Positions 49,649 to 59,001 of a stretch of DNA of 64,000 nt are shown here, in pieces. This DNA comes from an uncultured virus (IMG/VR IMGVR_UViG_3300015608_004663) (taxonomy: Duplodnaviria > Heunggongvirae > Uroviricota > Caudoviricetes). Both the position numbers and the translations under genes were made by a program. The stretch's first letter is position 1. The number at the start of each line of letters is the position of its first letter. The notes under the pieces were generated by a model, which searched no databases, was not told where the DNA came from, and was given only the letters and a program-made list of their open reading frames with translations. The stretch lies in the IMG/VR virus record IMGVR_UViG_3300015608_004663, one strand, 5' to 3'.

Positions 49649-49785
49649 TTATTGATACGTATACGTGCGCAGCGTCTACACTTAATTTGTTCATCATCTT
49701 TTAATAAGATTTCGCATTTAGAGCAAAATGGATCAATCATAAATGGTCGTGGATCGCCAAATACATCAAATGAATCTTCACGCAT
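49645..49785 (-). CDS. small CxxC...CxxC zinc-binding protein
   Basis: MREDSFDVFG...FCSKC...KCRRC from ATG 49785, overlapping the end of the upstream gene. Confidence 0.5.
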   Translation of the reverse strand: MREDSFDVFGDPRPFMIDPFCSKCEILLKDDEQIKCRRCARIRINK

Positions 49786-52759
49786 TACTTGATTTAGTTT
49801 TGATCGTAGCTCTTCCTGATGCATCAGTTGTGATCTCCAGCGTATAATCGGCAACGTCTTTAACGTAATCAATGTGACTAACAACAATCACAAAATTAAA
49901 CATACTCTTAGCAAGTGTCAATAGCTTGCAAGCGCCCTCTAATCCATTTTCATCTAAAGATCCAAATCCTTCATCAATGATGAAAAAATCAGCAGACGAC
50001 GCAGACAGTTTTGCCATGACCATTCTGAACGCAAGCGCAACAAAGAACTTCTCTGCGCCGCAAGCAAGCTCAATCGGAACTCTTGTGTTGCCATTTTGCA
50101 CTTCTATGTGCAGATCGTCTCCATCTATGTAAGCTCTTGCACTGATATCAACAGCAGACTCTAATAATGTTTTAATTCGTGAATTGACAAGCTCAAGCTT
50201 TGATTTAAGCACAAACAATGGAACGCCTTTCTTAGAAAAGGCTGTCGCAAGCGCTAGTGCGCGACTGGATTTACTGAGCAGATCATCATACAAGATCTTG
50301 TCTTTATTCAAGCGCTCTAATTGAACAGATATCGCTTCTAAACTTCGTTTCTTCTCAAATAAATCTCGATCTAATTCAGCAAGCTCTGATTTAATCTTTG
50401 CAAGATCTTGCAAAATATTTGGATTGTCAACAACTATGTCTTTTAATTGCTCTAATTCTTTTTTTGCATCTGCAATGTGCAGCAGCGTTGTTTGCTTCGC
50501 TGCAAATAGAGCTGCTGCTTCTTCTGCTGATTTCATTTCTTTGCGAAGATCTTGTATGCTTGGTCCTTTATACTGCGATGATTTCGGCTTAAGCTGAATT
50601 AATTCATTCAGCTTGTTTTCATACTCGCCGATCTGCAATGAAGCTGCAACAGCATCTTTTATGAATTGACACGTTGTGTACGAACCGCCACACGGGACAC
50701 TGCGCAAAACTTGCAAATTTCTTCGTCTGCTATTTAATTCTGAATTCAATTGCGCAACTTTCATATCGTGCTTGTTTGATTCAGCTTGATCTTGCAGTGA
50801 TTGAGTAGCAGAATCTAAATCTTTGATAATTTCAGATGCATCTCTGCCTTGTTTGATCTCTAGCTTTGCTGTCAAACTGTGAATCTTTGATTCAAGATCG
50901 CGAGATCGTTTAATCATGTGCATCTGTGCATCAAACGCTGCTCGCTTTTCTTCACACAGTCTTCGCTCATCACATAAAATTTCACGACGAGCTTCTAAAT
51001 CACTTATTGTAGAATTTAAATTCGCAACTTTCTGCTTAAGCTCAGGAATTTTTGCATCATAATCAACTCCTGAAACAGAGCGCAACTGAACATTTATGCT
51101 TGCAGCTTTATCAGACAAGATCTTGTGCACATCTTCAAAGTGTGCGAGACCGAGCGCTTTAGCTAGAGCTGAGCGCCGAGGTGTCGGACCGTCATCAATA
51201 AAGCTTGTCAAGTTACCCTGCGTTGCAATTGAAGATGTTTTGCATTCATCTGGATCGCCAATCAGATTGCGCAAAATCTTCTCTGTGTCAGAGCGCTGCT
51301 CGCCACAAACATCCACAGATTCTGCATCTGTTATCTTAAACACATTTAAAAACGTTTGCGTAGCATCAGAACCATCTTTTTTCTGCGTTTTGTAAGTCAT
51401 GCGCTCGATAGCGTAAGTGACTCCATCAACATCAATGACAGCTCTAGCAAAGCAGTGTTCGCTTTGCTTGTTTATAATCATGCTATTTTTCACGCGATTT
51501 CTATCAGACTCATTAAACAAAACGTATGATAGCGCACCAATAAATGAAGATTTGCCAGCGTTATTTGGCGCAAACAATCCAACGATACCAGACAATTCAT
51601 CAAACGCAATGAAATTATCTGCTCCGTACGCTAAAATGTTATCAAATCTGATAGCTCGCAAAGACCACTTTTTTCTATCTGGGATCTTACCACGAGCGTC
51701 ACTAAGTGCTTCTTCTAAAAGAGCTGTCGCTTCACTCTTATCACCAATATCATATCCAAGATCTGACGCTATGTTGATCAGATCTGATGCACTCAGCGCG
51801 TCAGAAGCGTGCTGGACATCTTTAGTTATTAGCGCATCATCTTCGTACCGAACAACAGCATCAGCGTTACCGCTTGATTTTAATTGCATTAAAACAGAAT
51901 CTAATTTTGCAATTTCAGAGCGCTTCGCAACTAAGCGATAGCGATTGTTTGCTTGCAGCAGATTAGCATCACAATCATTCACGTCAACTGTGATAAATGG
52001 TCTTGCATTTTTAATCGGTCTAAATTCAACGTGATTATGCTTCTGAGATTCAATGTGCCACAGAAGATAACCTTTCTCAATCTCTTCTCCAAAATTCTGC
52101 TGAATCAAACTACCAGGATAAGCGCTCCAGGGCTCACCATCTCTATAGAACACCTGACGCTTATGGATATCACCAAGGAGAACAGCTTTGTATCCAGAAA
52201 AGCGCTCAAGCATCACGTCAGCAGCATCAAGGTACCATCCCAAATCAGTTTGGGCACCAGACACAGATCCGTGATAAGCAGCTAAGCAAAGCTTGTTTTG
52301 TGCAGGAACTAATGAACTCCAAGAGCTTTTATCAAACAAGCTAAAAACATGCAACTCTGCGTTGTGAGATAAAGGATACGCCCCCGTGCGCTTGCAACAC
52401 ACAACATTCTTTGCGCCAATTGCTTCAACTACTGGAGAGACTGAATCTAATCTTGTCTGATTTGACAGATTTCCATCATGATTGCCAAGAACGATGTAAG
52501 TCAAAGGAACTGAGGCTGCGCAATCTTTGATAAACTGAGCAAAAATTGCTATGTATTCTGGTGTTAGACCTGAAATTTTCGAATGAAAAATATCTCCAGC
52601 TATCACTAATACGTCAGTGCGCTGCTGAGCAACATCTTTTAACAAGAGTTCGAAAGCAGCTTTGTACTCTTCGTGTCTTGTTAGACCACGAATGTGAATG
52701 TCGGCGACGTGCGCAATGATCATGTATTTAATCCTAATTTCTCTAGCTAAAGTAAGCAA
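49778..52759 (-). CDS. fused Mre11/SbcD nuclease - Rad50/SbcC ATPase (gp47+gp46)
   Basis: ADIH, GDIFH, GNHD, LGDIH; Walker A APNNAGKSS, coiled coil, signature LACGAEK, IDEGFGSLD, VSH. Confidence 0.9.
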   Translation of the reverse strand: MLTLAREIRIKYMIIAHVADIHIRGLTRHEEYKAAFELLLKDVAQQRTDVLVIAGDIFHSKISGLTPEYIAIFAQFIKDCAASVPLTYIVLGNHDGNLSNQTRLDSVSPVVEAIGAKNVVCCKRTGAYPLSHNAELHVFSLFDKSSWSSLVPAQNKLCLAAYHGSVSGAQTDLGWYLDAADVMLERFSGYKAVLLGDIHKRQVFYRDGEPWSAYPGSLIQQNFGEEIEKGYLLWHIESQKHNHVEFRPIKNARPFITVDVNDCDANLLQANNRYRLVAKRSEIAKLDSVLMQLKSSGNADAVVRYEDDALITKDVQHASDALSASDLINIASDLGYDIGDKSEATALLEEALSDARGKIPDRKKWSLRAIRFDNILAYGADNFIAFDELSGIVGLFAPNNAGKSSFIGALSYVLFNESDRNRVKNSMIINKQSEHCFARAVIDVDGVTYAIERMTYKTQKKDGSDATQTFLNVFKITDAESVDVCGEQRSDTEKILRNLIGDPDECKTSSIATQGNLTSFIDDGPTPRRSALAKALGLAHFEDVHKILSDKAASINVQLRSVSGVDYDAKIPELKQKVANLNSTISDLEARREILCDERRLCEEKRAAFDAQMHMIKRSRDLESKIHSLTAKLEIKQGRDASEIIKDLDSATQSLQDQAESNKHDMKVAQLNSELNSRRRNLQVLRSVPCGGSYTTCQFIKDAVAASLQIGEYENKLNELIQLKPKSSQYKGPSIQDLRKEMKSAEEAAALFAAKQTTLLHIADAKKELEQLKDIVVDNPNILQDLAKIKSELAELDRDLFEKKRSLEAISVQLERLNKDKILYDDLLSKSSRALALATAFSKKGVPLFVLKSKLELVNSRIKTLLESAVDISARAYIDGDDLHIEVQNGNTRVPIELACGAEKFFVALAFRMVMAKLSASSADFFIIDEGFGSLDENGLEGACKLLTLAKSMFNFVIVVSHIDYVKDVADYTLEITTDASGRATIKTKSSNA

Positions 52760-52783
52760 CGTGCACTGTACACTTCAGAAAAT

Positions 52784-53722
52784 TCACGCTGTGATCACTT
52801 CAAGCTTTAGTTTTTGCATAACTTGCCAATTAAACGTGACAGCGTCATCGATAGCTGCTGCGCATGCTTTGTGCGTCATCGCGCCAGGATCTGGTGAAGA
52901 TCTAGCAATCTTCACATTTACATCATAGCTCGACAGAAGCGATGCTATTTTTATAGCTTTTTTTAAAGCGTCAGCATCTAGCATCAAGATCACATCTGAA
53001 TTACTTTTAACAATTGCATCAAACAAAACGTGAGTTTCATCTAACGTTGATCCAAGAAGTGGAACTGCAAGATCGCCGCACTTGATTGCGTCAAACAATC
53101 CTTCACATATAATGAGCGTTTTCCCAAAATTCACATCAATTTCATTGAAGATAATTGAGTTAGCTGGAATATTTGCATTCACGTACTTTGGTTTCCAATC
53201 TCCGATCGCTCTAGCAACCCAGAAATTCAATTCTCCTTTAAGATCAAAGGATGGCATCAACACTCGATTTCGATTCTCGCCGCTATCAATCCACATCATG
53301 CGCCATCGCCACATATCTCGCTCGGTGCACCCGCGCTTCATTACGTATTGCACTCCTCTGTGAGAGCTTGGTAGCTGAATTAGCGGTATAGTGTCAGATG
53401 GAAACTCGATTGAATTATTCTGTGTTACTGTATCTTCAGCTAGTGGCGAACTGAATGTAGATACGTATTCACGCTCTAAGTGCTTATAAAACTTCCTAAT
53501 TATAGGAAGTAAAGTTCTAGAGCGCCAGTTGCAGACCCAGCAGTGATTAAAGAAATCTGAAACTCTGATTGCTAATTTGAATTTTTTAGAATCACGCCTC
53601 GACGGGCACGACAGAAATGGACATCTTGCAGATGCTTCCCTTCCAGATTTTGATACAATTATCTGTCCTAGTGCTCTTTGCAAGAACGCTAGACGAGTTG
53701 ATATTGTTGTCGTGCTTGTCAT
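52784..53722 (-). CDS. DnaG-type DNA primase
   Basis: Zn domain CPF..C...HCWVC; KY.N; TOPRIM ICEGLFDA and LDADA. Confidence 0.85.
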   Translation of the reverse strand: MTSTTTISTRLAFLQRALGQIIVSKSGREASARCPFLSCPSRRDSKKFKLAIRVSDFFNHCWVCNWRSRTLLPIIRKFYKHLEREYVSTFSSPLAEDTVTQNNSIEFPSDTIPLIQLPSSHRGVQYVMKRGCTERDMWRWRMMWIDSGENRNRVLMPSFDLKGELNFWVARAIGDWKPKYVNANIPANSIIFNEIDVNFGKTLIICEGLFDAIKCGDLAVPLLGSTLDETHVLFDAIVKSNSDVILMLDADALKKAIKIASLLSSYDVNVKIARSSPDPGAMTHKACAAAIDDAVTFNWQVMQKLKLEVITA

Positions 53723-54278
53723 TCTTATTTTTTAATACACTATCAGATTCTTGTTCTATAAGAATCAAACCACCGATAGCAACTACAAGTGCATCAATGG
53801 CATCTTTGACTTGATTTGCTGCATCATCGCTTCGTTGCTTTTTCGGAACTGACCATGAACTTAAACAGTTGTTCAGCGCCCAATCTACAACTTGTGTTTT
53901 TGTGTCACGCCCTTTGATAATTTTAATTCCACATAATTTTCTTGCAGTTTGTGATGAAACGTAATTCACAGGTGCATCAGCAAACATCTCTGTCAAAACA
54001 GATGTCACGCCATTCATCTTCGCTAGTGAACAAATCGTGTTTGCAGATGATAATCCTGGTCTAAAAGCCTGAAGTGATTGTTCAACAACAATCAAATCTA
54101 CTGAACCCAGAAGAAGTACATATTTTGATATGGCGTCAAGAACTGCACTTACTTTGTCTTTAACTGTGTTGATGTGATTGATCGATACAGCACCAACTAA
54201 CAAAGGTTGCTTGTGTTCATTTATGACTGCTATTCCAACGCACGCTGTTGAAACATCTAAGCCCAGAATTAACATCAC
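53592..54278 (-). CDS. RuvC-like Holliday junction resolvase
   Basis: ILGLDVST...GIA, VVEQ, K..V..W, D..DAL. Confidence 0.8.
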   Translation of the reverse strand: MMLILGLDVSTACVGIAVINEHKQPLLVGAVSINHINTVKDKVSAVLDAISKYVLLLGSVDLIVVEQSLQAFRPGLSSANTICSLAKMNGVTSVLTEMFADAPVNYVSSQTARKLCGIKIIKGRDTKTQVVDWALNNCLSSWSVPKKQRSDDAANQVKDAIDALVVAIGGLILIEQESDSVLKNKNDKHDNNINSSSVLAKSTRTDNCIKIWKGSICKMSISVVPVEA

Positions 54279-54640
54279 ATCACTCCAAGTTGCTTTAACT
54301 CTATTTCTGTTAGTATTGAATAAGATGCTTCAGAATCAAAAGCAAATTCTGCTGCAGCTTCTGCTTTTTTTATAACTTTTTTATTAATTCTTGAACTTGG
54401 TTTTATCTCAATGAGCTCACATCTACCATCAGACCATTGAATTATAAAATCTGGTGTGTAAGATCTAATTTTTGATGTGCGCTCAGATGCAACGTATTTA
54501 ACGCTAAATGGTTCATACAGCCAAGTGCACACGCTATTATGCGCATCTAGCCATCGCATAAACGCTAATTCCCAACTGCTTCTGTATTTATTAATTGCAG
54601 AAGTTTTTTTAGAAACGTAAATCCCTTTTTTGCTCATCAA
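54275..54640 (-). CDS. head completion nuclease (T4 gp4 / TnsA-like)
   Basis: YRSSWEL, W.YEP, Y.PDF, IEIKP, ILTE. Confidence 0.85.
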   Translation of the reverse strand: MMSKKGIYVSKKTSAINKYRSSWELAFMRWLDAHNSVCTWLYEPFSVKYVASERTSKIRSYTPDFIIQWSDGRCELIEIKPSSRINKKVIKKAEAAAEFAFDSEASYSILTEIELKQLGVM

Positions 54641-57012
54641 TAATCAATTTTGTGTCTAATAGTGAGAGCAGATCCTGCACGCTTAAGAACAGGCTGCGCT
54701 AATTTTGATCTCATAACAACGTTTAACTTTGAATCAAGCCACACAACGCCACCAACGTACACACTAGATTCATCTGGCTCTGTAGCGCTTAAAGATGTTT
54801 TAAGATCTACGTATGTTGGATTGCTTGATGAATTAACTGTGTTTGGCAATGCGATTGCATCATAGCGCATCACATAAACTGGGCGCATGCCACGCCATGA
54901 TAATGAATATTGCTGCTCACCAAAGCGCCAAAGATGAGGTGATTTAACAACAATGATTCCCTCATCATAAAAAACATGCCCAACAGACGCCCACGTCGCG
55001 TGCGATCCAGAAGCTGATGCACGATACAAATTACCATACCCATCGTCTTTTAATGTTACGCCAAAAGCGCCACCAGAACCAGACATGTTAGCATCTGAGA
55101 TCGTTATTGAGCGAGGACTTATTTTACTGCCATATAACAATCGATCTAATTCAAAAAAGATCAAACGAGGAGAATCACTGTCCCGTAATCGCTGAAACAC
55201 AGTTAACGGTGGAACGCTTCTAGTTCCGCTTATAAACCCAATTGATGCTGGTCCCAAGCGTTGCGAAACGTTTTCTGGACTTGGACCTATCGCGCCATTT
55301 ACAACATCACCAATAGATCCAGAACCATTCTGTGAATAATCAAAAGCTAGTGATGATGAACTAATAAGATCTGTTAATCTAATTTGAGATGTTGCAGCGC
55401 GATGCAACTCATCTTGAAACATTGTCTGATCTAATTTTGACAGCAATTTAAATGACGGAACGTACGTTCCGTCATCACACGGCATGATTAACAAATTTGC
55501 AAGTCTTGTGTAGCTTGTATCAAGAAATTCATTTGCTTTTTTAACATCTGTTGTGTTTTGAATTGCAGAAGCTGTCAAACGATAAAGTCTTGGGTATCTT
55601 GATAACGCAAAATCTCTAACAAAATTTTCAAGATTGATCATGTGTCCATCAACGCCAAGAGCTAACTCAGAATTTATTGGCGTTGTAGTCGTGCCATCAA
55701 ACTGCTGAAACGGAGTTAGCAACACACCGCCATGATCACCAACATTGCGCCGCGTAGGTGATTCTTTTGTAAAGAATGGTGGAACACACAAAAAGCATCC
55801 AGATGGCACTGCATCAAATCCATACGTTTTTGCAGCTTTTAACTCAGAATCTGTTACCCAGCGCTCATAATAACAAATATCATGAACTTCACCTTGCATA
55901 GGATGCGCAAATGAACTAGACGCTGGCTCATCGACGCCAGTTACGCTTACTAATATTTCAAGACCATCTCTGCTAGCTACATCTGAAGCGAAAAAATATG
56001 CTTGACTAGATGAGCCAGAATTTGAGCCGTTATAATAATTTCCCAAACACAACACGTACGGTTGCGCAACAGAACTTGGCGGCGCAACAGATGATGCATT
56101 AACTACAAACGTCGTTGATGCTTGACCGTCAATATCAATTGAACCAGTGTAATTCGATTGTTCACTGCCCCATCTGATTGTTACTCTTTGCCAAACATTG
56201 CGCGCTAGCGAATTATCAGCTGATAAAAACGCCATATTTGGCAGTGATGTAAGATTAACTCGTGATGGAGAGATATCTGCGCTACTTGATAGTTGCAACA
56301 AAATTCTATATGCATTAATCACGCCATTATGATCGCGACTAGATCCAGACACCAACGACACAGCAAAGCATGATGATAAATGCAATAAAGTACCAGCAGT
56401 CATGTGCGCTGAAGCTTCAGGCGCATAACGCGGATTTATTCTAAAATCAATACTAAACGCTCCTGAGGGAACAAGATCACCTCTAACAACAGAACCATTA
56501 TTTCTATCAAGCGACGGGTACAGAATCACAGATGATGTTGAAACACCAGATCCTGTAAAAAAATTCAAACAGTGATAATTTGTGTACGAGAGTGTAGCGT
56601 TTGCATTCCATGGCCGCGCGAAAGAGCCAAGATTCTTAATTGCGTGTTTCAAACCAGTTTCAATAGAGTATTGAACAGTTGGTGTATATCTGTGCACATC
56701 AATTATCGCGCTATTTTTGCGACTTAATGGTAAGCTTTGAATTCCATTAATGTACGCACTAACTGCTGCTTGAATTGTTGAACTTGTCACTCTTGCTTTG
56801 GTGTGTATCAAAGCATCAGTTAGCAATTCAATTGCTGCATCATCATGCGACCCAGTATAAGTTGCAATAGTTTCTCTTTCACGTCTGCTTCTTCTAGCAA
56901 AAACATTTAAAGAACCTGACGCACCAAGCGATGAAGACGAAAATGAATGCAGTGGCTCTACAATTAGAGAATACGAGCCAATATTTCCATTTTTAGCATT
57001 AAAAAGAGACAC
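54637..57012 (-). CDS. virion structural protein with LamG-like domain
   Basis: FSIDF.INP, WQRVTI.W, G.VHDI; DDGYGNLY, G.VFYDEG; C-terminal SSNPT...KLAQPV.K. Confidence 0.6.
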   Translation of the reverse strand: MSLFNAKNGNIGSYSLIVEPLHSFSSSSLGASGSLNVFARRSRRERETIATYTGSHDDAAIELLTDALIHTKARVTSSTIQAAVSAYINGIQSLPLSRKNSAIIDVHRYTPTVQYSIETGLKHAIKNLGSFARPWNANATLSYTNYHCLNFFTGSGVSTSSVILYPSLDRNNGSVVRGDLVPSGAFSIDFRINPRYAPEASAHMTAGTLLHLSSCFAVSLVSGSSRDHNGVINAYRILLQLSSSADISPSRVNLTSLPNMAFLSADNSLARNVWQRVTIRWGSEQSNYTGSIDIDGQASTTFVVNASSVAPPSSVAQPYVLCLGNYYNGSNSGSSSQAYFFASDVASRDGLEILVSVTGVDEPASSSFAHPMQGEVHDICYYERWVTDSELKAAKTYGFDAVPSGCFLCVPPFFTKESPTRRNVGDHGGVLLTPFQQFDGTTTTPINSELALGVDGHMINLENFVRDFALSRYPRLYRLTASAIQNTTDVKKANEFLDTSYTRLANLLIMPCDDGTYVPSFKLLSKLDQTMFQDELHRAATSQIRLTDLISSSSLAFDYSQNGSGSIGDVVNGAIGPSPENVSQRLGPASIGFISGTRSVPPLTVFQRLRDSDSPRLIFFELDRLLYGSKISPRSITISDANMSGSGGAFGVTLKDDGYGNLYRASASGSHATWASVGHVFYDEGIIVVKSPHLWRFGEQQYSLSWRGMRPVYVMRYDAIALPNTVNSSSNPTYVDLKTSLSATEPDESSVYVGGVVWLDSKLNVVMRSKLAQPVLKRAGSALTIRHKIDY

Positions 57013-57027
57013 TGCATTTCCCTAAAA

Positions 57028-58248
57028 TTAGAAATCTAATCTCAAGCGCAAAGTTGTTTGTCGCTCATTATTTTTTTCAATCGGTCGAGATAGTTTTCCA
57101 ACTGCAAGCAACGTATCATTTGCATCATAAAGACCAATGCCAGTAATATACGTAAAAGATCGCTGCGTATCTTCTTGTCCAGAATCAATAACGACAATTT
57201 TGTTTTGATCGTCTTTGAATGAAGGATTTGATGAATAATTGAACTCATCTGCACCAGCTTGACAAAACACAAGCATTGAACTGATATTAGTGATATTTTG
57301 AAACGTTATAGCAGTGTTTGAACCAGACTGAAATCGCGCTGATGCGATGTGATCAATAATGTTATCAATTGATGCGCTTACAAGAAAATCAGGTGAAAAC
57401 GCAGCTTTCTTACCAGATTCTGTGCCAGAAGCTCCCAAAATTGTCTGACCAGTAGTAGTCATTGCATCAATGGCACCGCTCATAAACTGAGATCCAGAAG
57501 TGATTTTTAGCAAATCAAGAACAACAACGCCACTATCATAAAAAATCAATCCAACGTTTCTTGCCGTGTTTGCTGAATCAACAATCTGTCCAAATTGACC
57601 ACCTGGTGCGATTAGTTTGTTTGATGCAGCGCCGATATCTGTATAAAATGATGAACCAGATACAGATGTTATATTAAGATTTGAACCCGTCAAATATGAC
57701 GTTGCAGATTCTGGAAAAGCAATGTTTGACGCAGTCTGATAGAAGCGCATGACAAACGATTCGCGCTTTATCTGATCGCGAGAAAATAAACGCTTAAATG
57801 AAATAAACAAAGCTGCAGATATAGCACTTGACGCTGTTGTGCTACCTGGTGGTACGATGAATTGCTGATCTTGAGATCCTAACAAGAGCTGCGCATATTC
57901 GCGATATATGTCCATCTTTTCTCTCATCATCAAAGATGATGACGGAAACAATTCTTTTCCAAAAGAATCTTGACCAACTTTTGATGATGATACAATCGAG
58001 CTGTTTGGGTAAAGACCGATTGTTATATCATAAATTGGATTCGCAGCTTGCAATGAAAAATCTTGATCATAAACAGTTTGAAACAGAGATGATGTAACAC
58101 CTGGGCCGATGCCGCCTGTAACAAAATGCTGATATTTCTTTCTACTTACGCTACCACTGATATCTTCTTGCAAAACATCAATCAGCTGTGATAATGAACT
58201 GCGAGTGCTTTTAAAATCACTTGGTGATAATTCTTTATAAATCGCCAT
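57028..58248 (-). CDS. virion structural (baseplate/ring-like) protein
   Basis: GLIFYDSG, EFNYSSNPSF, TYITGIGLYD...LAVGKLSRPIEK...RLDF. Confidence 0.6.
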   Translation of the reverse strand: MAIYKELSPSDFKSTRSSLSQLIDVLQEDISGSVSRKKYQHFVTGGIGPGVTSSLFQTVYDQDFSLQAANPIYDITIGLYPNSSIVSSSKVGQDSFGKELFPSSSLMMREKMDIYREYAQLLLGSQDQQFIVPPGSTTASSAISAALFISFKRLFSRDQIKRESFVMRFYQTASNIAFPESATSYLTGSNLNITSVSGSSFYTDIGAASNKLIAPGGQFGQIVDSANTARNVGLIFYDSGVVVLDLLKITSGSQFMSGAIDAMTTTGQTILGASGTESGKKAAFSPDFLVSASIDNIIDHIASARFQSGSNTAITFQNITNISSMLVFCQAGADEFNYSSNPSFKDDQNKIVVIDSGQEDTQRSFTYITGIGLYDANDTLLAVGKLSRPIEKNNERQTTLRLRLDF

Positions 58249-58265
58249 TTTAATTTCTTTCTATT

Positions 58266-58982
58266 TTAGAGCAATTTGCTGATTGATACTTTAAATTCTA
58301 TCACAGCGCCAGACTGTATTCCAGTCACTCTTACATACGTATCAATTATATTTTTGTTTGCAACGTTGCCAAATACTGAAAATGTTGCATCTGTTAAGGA
58401 CTTAACAGCAATAGTAAACTGTGCAATAGATCCACCAACAGCATTAGTGTTTTGTGATCTTAGCACACGATAAGATGCTCGGCGCTGGGCATCTACAGAT
58501 TCTGGAGCTGTTTTTTGCATCTGCAAAAATAGATCATTCATCTCTACGATGAATGCTTGATCACGCAGCTCTACGTCTATTGATGTTTCATTTTGAATAG
58601 TCTGCTCAATAACAAGAAGCGATGATTTTTGTGAATTTCTTCCAAGCGTAACTGCGCCGCTCGTGCTATCAACACTGCTATCACCAGATAGCGTTAAACT
58701 TGGCAAGCGTATCAAGTTTGGATTTGATACGCTGATCAGTTTGTATTTTTGTGCGTATTGCGCAGACGTCAGCGCTTCAAAAACTGGTGTATTCTTTTCA
58801 ATTTTTTCTCTGCCGGCAGACCGACCATATTTTTGAATAATTTTATAATTGACTTCATCATCACTGAGCGCGAACTTCACAATATTAAATGAACCATCAT
58901 TCCTAGCGATAGCAACTCGGCCCTGATCTGTAATAACTGCATCAAGCTGTATGTTATTTGTCGTAGAATCAAGAATACCCAT
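58266..58982 (-). CDS. virion structural protein
   Basis: MGILD...LDAVITDQGR...FALSDDEVNY...P.FEA. Confidence 0.6.
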   Translation of the reverse strand: MGILDSTTNNIQLDAVITDQGRVAIARNDGSFNIVKFALSDDEVNYKIIQKYGRSAGREKIEKNTPVFEALTSAQYAQKYKLISVSNPNLIRLPSLTLSGDSSVDSTSGAVTLGRNSQKSSLLVIEQTIQNETSIDVELRDQAFIVEMNDLFLQMQKTAPESVDAQRRASYRVLRSQNTNAVGGSIAQFTIAVKSLTDATFSVFGNVANKNIIDTYVRVTGIQSGAVIEFKVSISKLL

Positions 58983-59001
58983 TTACATTCCTCTTTTAAT
59001 A

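Noticed and set aside
54275..54640. TnsA-like gene as evidence of a Tn7 transposon
   Set aside because: No TnsB/TnsC or transposon ends; size and motifs fit the T4 gp4 head-completion nuclease
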